64,000 bases of DNA from Candidatus Woesebacteria bacterium (GTDB lineage: Bacteria > Patescibacteriota > Microgenomatia > UBA8517), in NCBI GenBank assembly GCA_016700095.1, contig CP065002.1, forward strand, positions 560,463 to 624,462, read 5' to 3'. A program made the position numbers and the translations under genes. The notes beneath the pieces were generated by a model. That model saw nothing but the letters and a program-made list of their open reading frames with translations, ran no database searches and was not told where the DNA came from. This document shows positions 9,829 to 19,619 of this stretch, in pieces; the first letter of the stretch is position 1, and every line of letters begins with the position of its first letter.

Positions 9829-10238
9829 AAAATAAAAAAACCAAGAAAGTGCAAGAATCTGCGCCTCACGGCGAAACTGTAAAATTTCCCAAAAGAATAC
9901 TCAAACCGGTTTCTGAATTTTTGGCGCATCGAGTTAAAACTCTTGAGAAAAGACGCAAAGAGATCGATTCCGAAGATCCTTTCAAAAATGCTGAACGTGC
10001 CACAGATAATGCGTCGCCTGATGCCGATGCCGAAGAGCAATTTGGTCATGCCAGAACATCAGCTTTAAAAAATCAATTGGATAGAAAAATAATCCAGACC
10101 AAAAAAGCGCTGTCTCGTATCAAAATAGGTACATATGGAATTTGTGAGGATTGTTCGGAAATGATTGATACCGATAGGCTTATAATTTACCCCGAAGCAA
10201 CTCTTTGCTCCAAATGCCAGGCTAAACGTGAAGCGTAA
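9825..10238 (+). CDS. DksA/TraR-family C4 zinc-finger protein
   Basis: C-terminal CEDCSEMID...CSKC is a C-x2-C-x17-C-x2-C zinc finger. The N-terminus is coiled-coil and acidic. Confidence 0.7.
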   Translation: MKNKKTKKVQESAPHGETVKFPKRILKPVSEFLAHRVKTLEKRRKEIDSEDPFKNAERATDNASPDADAEEQFGHARTSALKNQLDRKIIQTKKALSRIKIGTYGICEDCSEMIDTDRLIIYPEATLCSKCQAKREA

Positions 10239-10506
10239 ACTTAACGCCCCTTCTTTCTTTCTCTCTAATCCGATTAGGTGTAAGTTCTACGAAATATGAA
10301 TTTAATTTGATCTTAATAATTATAAGTGCTTGTGGTGTCGGTAGTCTGTGTGGTGGCAGGTAGAGCAGGAAATGATCAAGCTTTATTGGTAAACCGCGGA
10401 CTTTTAGGTAAAGGTTGTTTATAAAATTAAAAATTACAAAATTATTTTAAAATACGTTTAGTCGCAGCATATATTAGATAGTATTTTTAAGAACCAAATT
10501 AATTAG

Positions 10507-11286
10507 TTGTTTAGATACGATTTGGATTATAATAGACCGATGGAAACACCTCGAGTAATACACGAAGATATCGAAACACCTCGTGTAATACACGATGATA
10601 AGGAATTTATAATTGTTGACAAACCTTCGGGTTGGATTGTAAATGATGCACAGACGGCAAAAGGTCAACCCGTTTTGCAAACATGGCTTGATAATAATCT
10701 TAAATATGAGCTTTGTGGACAGACTATTTATCGGTCGGGGATTGTGCACCGCCTGGACAAAGAAACAAGTGGACTAATAATCATTGCCAAAACCGTTGCG
10801 GCTTTTGATAACCTGCAAGCGCAATTTAAAAACCGCGTGGTCGAAAAAACATATAAAGCCTTGACGCATGGTAAGGTAAATCCGGCAAAAGGTGTCATTA
10901 ATGCACCTGTTGGGAGATTGCCATGGAGGAGAGACCGCTTTGGAGTGTTGGCAGGTGGTAGAGAGGCATTCACAAGCTACGAAACAGTGTCAAATTACAA
11001 AGATAATAAAAACAATTTATATAGTCTAATAAACACCTTTCCCAAAACAGGAAGGACGCACCAAATCAGAATTCACTTAAAACACCTGGGTCATCCGCTT
11101 GTTGCGGACGAGTTCTATGCAGGCAGAAAAACCGCCAGAAACGATCGAGTTTGGTGTCCAAGACTATTTCTACATGCTTGTGCTATCTCTTTTAAACATC
11201 CTGTAACGCACGAAAATCTTAATTTCGCCTCAGATTTACCGGCTGATTTACAAAAAGTAATTGAAAAATTAACCAAGCTTGACTAA
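10507..11286 (+). CDS. RluA-family pseudouridine synthase
   Basis: HRLDKETSGLIIIAK carries the catalytic Asp motif. The start is probably the ATG at 10539 (METPRV...), since the track start is a TTG. Confidence 0.8.
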   Translation: MFRYDLDYNRPMETPRVIHEDIETPRVIHDDKEFIIVDKPSGWIVNDAQTAKGQPVLQTWLDNNLKYELCGQTIYRSGIVHRLDKETSGLIIIAKTVAAFDNLQAQFKNRVVEKTYKALTHGKVNPAKGVINAPVGRLPWRRDRFGVLAGGREAFTSYETVSNYKDNKNNLYSLINTFPKTGRTHQIRIHLKHLGHPLVADEFYAGRKTARNDRVWCPRLFLHACAISFKHPVTHENLNFASDLPADLQKVIEKLTKLD

Positions 11287-11335
11287 CGGCGCTTTACTTA
11301 GAATTTAACCTCAATTACACTTAAATTGTATTTAT

Positions 11336-13015
11336 ATGGATATGTTTTTAAATATCGCGGTTTTGCTTGTTGTTGCAGCTTCGTTTGGTATACTTGCTAA
11401 ACTTTTTAAACAACCACTTATTGTCGGATATTTGTTCTCTGGAATATTTTTAAGTGCAACTGGATTATTGGGAGATACTGAGGTTTTTGAAAGCTTCGGG
11501 ACGATCGGAGTTACACTCCTACTTTTTCTTCTGGGTTTGGAAATGAATATCCGTGAGTTACCGGTTATTGGAAAGGTTGCTGTCATAACGGGATTAGGGC
11601 AAATAATATTTACCTCGTTAATTGGATTTATCCTGGCGACAATATTGGGATTTGATACACTTCCGGCCGTCTATATTTCTATCGGTCTTACTTTCTCATC
11701 AACAATTATTATTGTAAAGCTACTGTCCGAAAAGAAGAGCCTGGCAAGTTTATACGGGAAAATAGCAGTTGGATTTTTGTTGGTTCAGGATTTTGTTGCC
11801 TTAATTATTCTAATGTTACTTGTGGGCTTGGGAAACGGAAACCTGTCTGGATGGAATTATTTGTTTATACTTCTTAAAGCAATTTTTCTTTTTGGTCTTG
11901 TGTGGTTTTTGTCAAAGAAAGTACTTTCCGTACTTTTTGAAAGAATTGTCGGAAATTCACATGAACTTCTGTTTGTCGTAAGCATTGCTTGGGCTATCGG
12001 TTTTGCCGCATTTCTTGCAGGACCGATGGATTTTACTCCCGAAATCGGTGGGTTTTTGGCCGGTCTTTCGCTTGCAGGTTTACCTGCACATTTGCACATT
12101 GCAAGTAAAACCAGGCCACTTAGGGATTTTTTTCTAGTAATATTTTTCATGTTGCTTGGGACAAAGCTTGTTGTCGGTGGAGATGTTTTTAATTTAATTC
12201 CACATGCTATTATATTTTCGTTATTTGTACTAATTGGAAACCCGATTATTGTTCTAATAATTATGGGAGTGATGGGATTCAAAAGAAGAACAAGCTTCAT
12301 GGCTGGTTTGACAGTTGCACAGATTTCGGAATTTTCATTAATCGTTGCCAACATGGGTTTAATGTTGGGTCATATTACTTCAGAGCATGTGGCGTTAATA
12401 GTCATGGTTGGAGTAATCACCATGACTATTTCGACGTATTTGATACTGGGATCCGATAAACTGTATAACAAAATATACAAACAACTGGCAATATTTGAGA
12501 GAAAAAAGACCAAAGAGTTACAGCTGGTTACGCAGATTGATAAAAGTAATCATATCGTCTTAGTCGGTGCCGATTCGACTGGCACACCGCTTGCGATGTA
12601 TTTTAAGCACAAAAAAATGGATTTTGTGGTAGTTGATTTTAACCCTAATGTATATGAACGATTTACCAAAAAGGGAATTCCGACTGTTTTTGGAGATATC
12701 AATGACTCGGAAATTTTAACTGCATCAGGGATAGTCCGTGCACGAATTGTTATATCAACTATTTCCGATCTCGCCAGTGACCTGACACTACTAATTCATA
12801 TCAAAAAAGAAAACATTAACCCTGTGGTAATTATGTCTGCTTCATCTACTCACAATGCACAAGTATTATACGAGAATGGAGCATCTTATGTTGTTGTCCC
12901 CGACGTGGTATCTGGGGAACACATTCGCCATATGCTTACTGTCTATGGTAATTCTCCTCAAAAATTTAGAAAAATTGGCAAGAACCATTTATCAAGGTTG
13001 AAGAAAAAACAATAG
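11336..13015 (+). CDS. Monovalent cation:proton antiporter (CPA2 / Kef-type) with a C-terminal TrkA-N (RCK) domain
   Basis: About 12 TM helices, then the Rossmann motif HIVLVGADSTG. Confidence 0.8.
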   Translation: MDMFLNIAVLLVVAASFGILAKLFKQPLIVGYLFSGIFLSATGLLGDTEVFESFGTIGVTLLLFLLGLEMNIRELPVIGKVAVITGLGQIIFTSLIGFILATILGFDTLPAVYISIGLTFSSTIIIVKLLSEKKSLASLYGKIAVGFLLVQDFVALIILMLLVGLGNGNLSGWNYLFILLKAIFLFGLVWFLSKKVLSVLFERIVGNSHELLFVVSIAWAIGFAAFLAGPMDFTPEIGGFLAGLSLAGLPAHLHIASKTRPLRDFFLVIFFMLLGTKLVVGGDVFNLIPHAIIFSLFVLIGNPIIVLIIMGVMGFKRRTSFMAGLTVAQISEFSLIVANMGLMLGHITSEHVALIVMVGVITMTISTYLILGSDKLYNKIYKQLAIFERKKTKELQLVTQIDKSNHIVLVGADSTGTPLAMYFKHKKMDFVVVDFNPNVYERFTKKGIPTVFGDINDSEILTASGIVRARIVISTISDLASDLTLLIHIKKENINPVVIMSASSTHNAQVLYENGASYVVVPDVVSGEHIRHMLTVYGNSPQKFRKIGKNHLSRLKKKQ

Positions 13016-13024
13016 TTATATATT

Positions 13025-13963
13025 ATGCCTGCCCGAAAAAACAGACAGCGTCGTGCTGTAAAACACACTAAACCAAAAAACAAAAATAGATCAAAGAAAT
13101 ATCTCGTTTTGATATTGGTTTTTGTTTTTCTTGGCTTGATTCTGGTATTTTTACACAGGTCGACAAAATACTGGAGTGGGGAAGGTAAGCTTCGTTTGGT
13201 TTCTCCAGCGGAAAATGGTGATGTTGTTATAAGCGTTTTTGATCCCGAACTTGATGATATAACTACCGTTATTGTTCCGGGAAACACCCAGATTAAAGTT
13301 GCCAGACAAATGGGAATATGGAAAACAAGATCGCTTTGGAAACTGGGGTTCGATGAAGGCTTGGGTGGTAAATTGCTGGCAGAATCTTTGACACATCATA
13401 TGAAATTACCCGTGGTTGCTTGGGGTGATGAAGAGGCAATTGGTTTTTCCAGTCAGAGTGTCATCCAGATTGTTAAAACCGCATTGTTGATGACGAATAC
13501 CAATTTGACGTTTGGAGATAGGATAAAAATTGCACTATTTGCATTTGGAATTCAGAATACAAATATGTCGACCATTGATCTTCGCAACACGGCATATTTA
13601 AGTAAGACCATATTACCTGATGGAGAGGAGGGATATGTAGTAGCAGACACACTTCCACAAAAAGTCGCCGTGATATTTTCTCAGGAAAGTATTTCGAAAG
13701 AGGGAACCAGAATTAGAATAATTGATCGAACGATAAATTCCAACATTGCCGAGGAGTTGGGGGAAACACTACAAGTGGCTGGGGGTAAAATTACCTCAAT
13801 TACAAATGAAAGTAGCGATAATACAGACTGTGTTGTCGTGGGAAGTAATAAATTTACAGTAGATTATGTAGCCGATATGTTTGATTGCACTAAAAACTAC
13901 GAGAAAACCGCTAACTTTGATTTAGAAATCACAATCGGAGAAGAGTTCGCTAAGCGATTTTAG
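13025..13963 (+). CDS. Membrane-anchored protein, possibly a LytR_C / LCP-related domain
   Basis: Basic N-terminus, one TM helix, and an extracytoplasmic domain. The family assignment is weak. Confidence 0.35.
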   Translation: MPARKNRQRRAVKHTKPKNKNRSKKYLVLILVFVFLGLILVFLHRSTKYWSGEGKLRLVSPAENGDVVISVFDPELDDITTVIVPGNTQIKVARQMGIWKTRSLWKLGFDEGLGGKLLAESLTHHMKLPVVAWGDEEAIGFSSQSVIQIVKTALLMTNTNLTFGDRIKIALFAFGIQNTNMSTIDLRNTAYLSKTILPDGEEGYVVADTLPQKVAVIFSQESISKEGTRIRIIDRTINSNIAEELGETLQVAGGKITSITNESSDNTDCVVVGSNKFTVDYVADMFDCTKNYEKTANFDLEITIGEEFAKRF

Positions 13964-14622
13964 AAGTCTTCATCCTCGGATTTTGACTGCGGATCAAATG
14001 CCATATAATCAATCTTATCAGAGGAAAATGAAGGAATATCTTGCAGATCTTTACATCTTTTAGTTTCTCGAATAAAGACAGTTACGTCTTCTTTCTCGAC
14101 GGATTTAATACACACACTGTATTCATTTCCATATCTGATTAAGTTTCTGATATGGCCGGAAAGATCATCGGACAATCTACCGATATATTTCCCTTCACAG
14201 GAACATATATTTACGCGATGTCCGTGCGTGTTGAGCTTTACTTCGTCTCCGGTGTCAATCGTGGCAATAACTTTGGCACTTCCTAAATGCATCAGCTGAA
14301 CAATTTTTGTTTTACCCGGTTCTTCTAAAAATATATTAGCTTTGGAAACAGTTGATGGTTGGCCGGAAGTTTTTTTCAATCCCTTCCATCGGTTGAGAGA
14401 TTTATTTGCAATAGAATTAAAAGCGTCTATTTTTAGAACCTTTTGAGCTGTCGCACGCGCGAGTGGCAAATCGCCCATCTCGGCGTACGCCCTGGCTAGT
14501 CTATTCAATGCATCGACATCGCTTGGGTTTGTCTCAAGTATTGTCAAATTTATTTTTGAGGCTTCTTTCCATTTGCCTGCCAAAGCAGCCGATACGGCTT
14601 GGTTGTCTAGATCAATATCCAT
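13960..14622 (-). CDS. TPR-repeat-containing hypothetical protein
   Basis: TPR-like helical repeats (ALNRLARAYAEMGDLPLA...). Confidence 0.45.
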   Translation of the reverse strand: MDIDLDNQAVSAALAGKWKEASKINLTILETNPSDVDALNRLARAYAEMGDLPLARATAQKVLKIDAFNSIANKSLNRWKGLKKTSGQPSTVSKANIFLEEPGKTKIVQLMHLGSAKVIATIDTGDEVKLNTHGHRVNICSCEGKYIGRLSDDLSGHIRNLIRYGNEYSVCIKSVEKEDVTVFIRETKRCKDLQDIPSFSSDKIDYMAFDPQSKSEDEDF

Positions 14623-14708
14623 TTTTTGCTGTTTAAGAGTATAGAGTCGAGTAGTTTATTGTCAAGAGCCTATCGTTGGAAAGTAGATCGTAGTATAATC
14701 TAAAAAAT

Positions 14709-15443
14709 ATGTCTGGACATTCTAAATGGTCGACAATAAAGCACAAAAAGGAAGCTACCGATTTTGTTCGCGGTAGACTTTTCTCGAGACTTTCAAGAGC
14801 CATTACGATTGCAATCAAAGCTGGTGGGGGTCCAAATCCCGAAACAAATTATCGTCTTAGAGTGGCTATCGAAACGGCTCGTAATGCCAATATGCCCAAA
14901 AGTAATATTGAAAGGGTTTTGGCAAAAGCCGAATCGGCAGGGGATATGTATGAAGCGAGATATGAAGGTTTTACCCCTGGCGGTGCCGGGGTTCTGGTCG
15001 ATGTTGTTACTGATAATAAAAATAGATCGGCACAGGAAATAAAACAAGTGTTTGAGAGAAATGGTGGACAGTTCGCTACCCCTGGTGCAGTCTCTTTTAA
15101 CTTTGAATCAAAGGGCTTGTTAACTGTTGAAAAGACCGACAAAACCGAAGACCAGATTTTGAATCTGATCGATTTAAATCCGGAAGATGTTATTGAAAGT
15201 GAGAGTAATCTTGAGGTGTATGTAAAACCTGATAGTTTGCACGAGATTAAGCAAAGTATTGAAGCAAAAGGTTACAAAGTAATGTCGGCGAGTTTGATTC
15301 AGAAACCAAAAATGCAATGTTTGGTTACCGATAAGTCATCCATTAACCAAGCTTTGGCACTTCTTGAATTACTTGAAAATCACGAGGATGTGCAAGCAGT
15401 ATTTACAAATCTGGACATACCGGATGAACTAGCACCAAAATAA
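14709..15443 (+). CDS. YebC/PmpR-family transcriptional regulator
   Basis: MSGHSKWSTIKHKK...RLRVAIETARNANMPK, the family signature. Confidence 0.85.
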   Translation: MSGHSKWSTIKHKKEATDFVRGRLFSRLSRAITIAIKAGGGPNPETNYRLRVAIETARNANMPKSNIERVLAKAESAGDMYEARYEGFTPGGAGVLVDVVTDNKNRSAQEIKQVFERNGGQFATPGAVSFNFESKGLLTVEKTDKTEDQILNLIDLNPEDVIESESNLEVYVKPDSLHEIKQSIEAKGYKVMSASLIQKPKMQCLVTDKSSINQALALLELLENHEDVQAVFTNLDIPDELAPK

Positions 15444-15455
15444 AACTATATAATA

Positions 15456-16226
15456 ATGACCAAACGTCAACGGTTTATCCTCTCTTCTTTTTTACTATCT
15501 CTTGGATTTATTGCGATTGCCTTTATTGAAAATCAATACAGGATTTTGGGTATCGGAGTTCTAGGTTTATTTACATTAATAATATATTACTGGTCCTTGC
15601 GAGAGGGTTTGGGTTTGAATATGACTCTGATCACTCTTGTTTTACCTTTTTTCTTTACGGTTGGCGTAGGACTATTTTGGTTTTTATTACCTGTGGGTTT
15701 TGCTGTCAGAGTTCCGATTGTAATTCTTTATGGTCTCGGGATATATACTCTTTCACTTACGTCAAATATTTATACTGTCGCGGCAATTAGAACCATTGCC
15801 TTACTGCGTGCCGCGCGGGGAGTGGGGTTTGTGCTTACACTGCTTACTTTCTTTTTAATTTATGACGCAATATTTTCGATACGCGAAAGTATTTTTATTA
15901 CCTCACCATTAATCGCGGTGACCTCCATGCCGTTATTTTTGCAAGGGTACTGGTCTGTCGGATTGGAGAAACGCATAACCAAGGAAGTTGTTAATCTGTC
16001 CTTAGTTGCGAGTTTAATTTTGGGGCAAGTAGCCCTGCTCCTTCACTTCTGGCCGGTAACTGTTGTTGTCGGATCTTTGTTTTTGACCATTGCTTGCTAT
16101 ATCATTTTGGGATTGGGTCAAGCTAAAATAGAAGGACGGCTTTTCAAGCAGACTGTTCGAGAATATCTCTTTTTGGGAATGCTGGTGTTTATCGGTATGT
16201 TTTTTGCTACACGTTGGGGTGGATAG
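15456..16226 (+). CDS. Hypothetical polytopic membrane protein
   Basis: Hydrophobic along its whole length. Confidence 0.5.
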   Translation: MTKRQRFILSSFLLSLGFIAIAFIENQYRILGIGVLGLFTLIIYYWSLREGLGLNMTLITLVLPFFFTVGVGLFWFLLPVGFAVRVPIVILYGLGIYTLSLTSNIYTVAAIRTIALLRAARGVGFVLTLLTFFLIYDAIFSIRESIFITSPLIAVTSMPLFLQGYWSVGLEKRITKEVVNLSLVASLILGQVALLLHFWPVTVVVGSLFLTIACYIILGLGQAKIEGRLFKQTVREYLFLGMLVFIGMFFATRWGG

Positions 16227-17670
16227 TTTTGTTTATCCCAAGCTTACCTTACTTATGCTTGTTTTTCGTTAAAAATTAAAGTAAGCGATGCACTTACTTT
16301 ATTCACACTTATTTGGGCAATTCCACTTCGTAAACATGGCCGGGTCAGCATGAATAATTAATTATTGAGGAAACATAAGACTTAAATATTTTTGATACAT
16401 CGACAAAGGGGGAGGAGTGTGGGTGTAAGTATATCCTATAATATATTATGCGACGTATTTACCTCATTGTTTTCACGAATATTATAGGATCTTTTCACGA
16501 AATAGGTTAGTTTTTCATCGACCATAATTTAGCCGAAGCTAGACGCCGTTAGGAAAGTAAATAGATGTTATACAATGATATAGTTAATAGGCACGAAAGA
16601 CCCCATTAGTGATATAGTTTGTACAATAAATGTGGATATCTTTATATCGACTTGGTAGGTTTGCTAGGTACGCTACTTTCTTTGGAGCTATATTTCAAGG
16701 TACCCGGACAAAGAGGATGACGGTAAGACGGGTTTAGTTAAGCCTTAGAACCCCTTATTGGTTCTCTGTAATTACGGTACGCCAAAGCGTGTGTAGTTAT
16801 AAGAACATCAAAAAGTAATAAGTCGCACAATAATACTTTTGCGACTAATACAATATACCAGGGTGGAGACTTCATAGATAACAACTTCCATAAACATATC
16901 GCGTTAAGTATTGTATTACTTTACTATAAATGTATTTAGTTCTCCTTTTAGTAAGTTGGCTAAACAATCTTTCCGAATATATACCGAAATATATTTTTAG
17001 CCTTCTAACCTTACTCCCCCAACTTGTTGTGTGAATTTACTTTATGAAAATATAGCGAGAGATAATATTTTTATAAAGTAAACTTTGACGTGTAGGGATA
17101 AGACATAAATAGGGGTTATTAATTAGTTACTGAGTAAAATAATATTAAGTGAATGAATCTCATATCATTAAAGAAAACAAACATGGCTTAGAATTGAAAT
17201 AAGAAAGCCATAGCCTTAAAAAGAAGCGAATTTAAGCCTATTTATGATACACAATATTGAATATTGAATTTATGAAATAGCATATAGGAAATGTTAAATA
17301 CTAATTAATGAATATTGGAAAACAAAATTAAAGACAAAATGTTAGACAATTAAAGACGGATTATTAGAAAACTTAATTGAAAGCGAAAATAACACAATAT
17401 TGAATTCGAATATTGAAAAGAGTAAACGCATATCGAAATGAAATAAAGAAAACTGAATATTTAACAAGGGAAAATGAAATCTGTAGTTATGTGTAACTTG
17501 TAAGACTAAAGTAATGCAAGCTTAATATGCGGTATTCAAAGCTCGTGGTTTGAAGGCATAAGAAAAGAGATAATAACAAAAAAATTATTGGTCGCACATT
17601 ATTGACAATAAAAACACTACCCTGTAGGATGAAATTATAGCTGTTTAATTAAAACATCTTACTGTAACTC
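16227..17670. other. 1.45 kb AT-rich region with no ORF of 60 aa or more on either strand; purine-rich plus strand over 17150-17520
   Basis: The ORF track is empty here. Visible local hairpins (gtcgca...tgcgac at about 16825-16850, gaacc...ggttc, ggctt...aagcc) and repeated AATATTGAAT motifs. Confidence 0.5.
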
Positions 17671-18627
17671 ATGGCTGCCCGCTCTGAAATTAGTCAACAC
17701 ATTGATTCCTTTTTGGAATATTTGGAGGTTGAGAAGGGCTCCTCTCCCCTAACAATTCGCAATTACCGTCATTACTTAACTCGCTTTCTTGAATATCTGG
17801 AGCATGAGGGGATTAGAACTAATTTAGCCGATATAAACAAAGAAACAGTTCGCATGTTTAGACTTTACTTAAGCCGGCTTCCGGGTAGTCCACGAAATTC
17901 ACAGCTTGATGCTGAAACGCTTTCAAGAAGGACGCAAGGATATCATGTTATTGCGCTCAGATCATTCCTTCGTTGGTTAATCAAAAACGACTTTAAGGTT
18001 ATGTCTCCTGATAAAATCGATTTACCCAAAGTCAAAGACAGAGAAGTACAGTTTTTGTCGGGGGAGCAAGTAGATAAAATTCTAAACGCCCCTACCCTAT
18101 CTAACATTAACGGTAAACGAGATAAAGCGATTTTAGAAGTGTTATTTTCTACCGGTCTTAGAGTATCGGAGTTGGTTAAATTAAATAAAGATAAAATTGA
18201 TTTTGCTTCACGGGAATTTGGTGTTGTTGGTAAAGGTGGGCGCGCAAGGGTGGTTTTTTTGTCTCAGCGGGCAGCTTCTTGGATACAAAATTATTTAGAT
18301 GCCAGACGTGATCATTTCACTCCCCTGTTCATCCGCCATAAAGGAAAAGTCGATCCATCAACGTCAAGTGAAAACATGCGTCTTACACCACGGAGTGTAC
18401 AAAGAATGATAAAAAAATATTCACATAAAATGAAGTTACCGATTGAAGTTACTCCACACGTCCTTAGACACAGTTTTGCCACAGATTTACTTATGGCAGG
18501 GGCAGACCTGAGAAGTGTACAAGAAATGCTTGGACACAAGAATGTGCAAACAACGCAAATCTATACACATGTAACCAATAAACAATTAAAGGATGTGCAT
18601 GAGGCGTTTCATGGAAGAGTAAAATAG
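17671..18627 (+). CDS. Tyrosine site-specific recombinase (XerC/XerD / phage integrase family)
   Basis: C-terminal HVLRHSFATDLLMAGADLRSVQEMLGHKNVQTTQIYTHV carries the R..H-x-x-R...Y catalytic motifs. The N-terminus is a SAM-like core-binding domain. Confidence 0.85.
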   Translation: MAARSEISQHIDSFLEYLEVEKGSSPLTIRNYRHYLTRFLEYLEHEGIRTNLADINKETVRMFRLYLSRLPGSPRNSQLDAETLSRRTQGYHVIALRSFLRWLIKNDFKVMSPDKIDLPKVKDREVQFLSGEQVDKILNAPTLSNINGKRDKAILEVLFSTGLRVSELVKLNKDKIDFASREFGVVGKGGRARVVFLSQRAASWIQNYLDARRDHFTPLFIRHKGKVDPSTSSENMRLTPRSVQRMIKKYSHKMKLPIEVTPHVLRHSFATDLLMAGADLRSVQEMLGHKNVQTTQIYTHVTNKQLKDVHEAFHGRVK

Positions 18628-18672
18628 CTTTGTATAATTGACCCTTCTATCTAATTTTGTTTAAATACATTT

Positions 18673-19617
18673 ATGGCTGATGAAGTAACAACGGTGGTAC
18701 AAGAGTTAACCGCACAACAAAGTAGTAGGGCATTAGTAGAAAGATACAAAGGACATAAACCCCAAGAAACATTCATAGAATCAGTCAGAGGTCATGACGG
18801 TGTATTTCGACCAGTAAGTATAAGTGACGCGGTTGTTGATGTAAATAAAATGCCTTCTAGAGTAGATCCCAAAGATGCTCCAATTATACATGCACATGGA
18901 GGTACCCCCAAAGGCGACAAGCAAAAAGGTAATCCAAAAGTAAATGATGGGTTTACATCAGTATTTTCAGAAAAAAGACAACAGGAAATTGAAGAAGAAG
19001 AAAGAAAACAAAAAGAGGCGCAACACGCTGCCGAACAGCAAAGAATTAAAGAAGAAGAATTGAGGCAAAAATATATTAGAGATATCGCTGAAGGTGAGGC
19101 AAAACGGGTGGTGGGGTCTATTTATACAACCGAGGGTAGAAGAAATACAACACAGCTTATGGATCAATTAGTTGATGTTTCAAAGAAAGGTTTGTTTCCC
19201 AAAACTGATCGTGTCCGCGAACAGGTGCTTTATTCTGTAGATAGACTGATAGACCAACAACTAAGTGCCGAGTCTTTGGGTGTACTGGGATACAAACTTC
19301 AAGTACGCTGGGAAAAAGAAAATCCGATTGGTAAACATGCAAGTCGTAGCGAACAAGATGAATGGAAAAAGAAGAAAGAAGAACATTTCGAAACAGTAAC
19401 GCAACAACTGCGCGATATTGCTCAAGCTTTAGCTTATTTGGCCAGAGGAAGAAACGCGGTGAGAATCCCTCGTTTTTCAGGTGAACAAAGGAAAATTGTT
19501 GATAGTGGAATAGAAAGAAAGGTGTATTGTGATCAATTCGAGAAATCGTGGAGGGGGGTTCAAGATAAATTCACAGAAGACAAAAATCCTCCGTGGTATA
19601 TAATTAAACAAAGTTAA
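18673..19617 (+). CDS. Hypothetical protein with a highly charged E/K/Q-rich coiled-coil segment
   Basis: 314-aa ORF with no recognisable domain. Confidence 0.45.
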   Translation: MADEVTTVVQELTAQQSSRALVERYKGHKPQETFIESVRGHDGVFRPVSISDAVVDVNKMPSRVDPKDAPIIHAHGGTPKGDKQKGNPKVNDGFTSVFSEKRQQEIEEEERKQKEAQHAAEQQRIKEEELRQKYIRDIAEGEAKRVVGSIYTTEGRRNTTQLMDQLVDVSKKGLFPKTDRVREQVLYSVDRLIDQQLSAESLGVLGYKLQVRWEKENPIGKHASRSEQDEWKKKKEEHFETVTQQLRDIAQALAYLARGRNAVRIPRFSGEQRKIVDSGIERKVYCDQFEKSWRGVQDKFTEDKNPPWYIIKQS

Positions 19618-19619
19618 TA

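Noticed and set aside
16433-16495. 20-aa ORF (MRRIYLIVFTNIIGSFHEIG) preceded by an aaggggga RBS-like sequence, inside the long non-coding tract
   Set aside because: It could be a leader peptide, but there is no supporting context. It is mentioned only as part of the region.
16227-17670. Chromosomal origin of replication (oriC), suggested because gyrB/gyrA and dnaB are nearby
   Set aside because: I found only one near-match to a DnaA box (tgtggatat at about 16632) and no cluster. dnaA and dnaN are not in the window, and the gyrB context here is holB-like, not dnaA-dnaN-recF.
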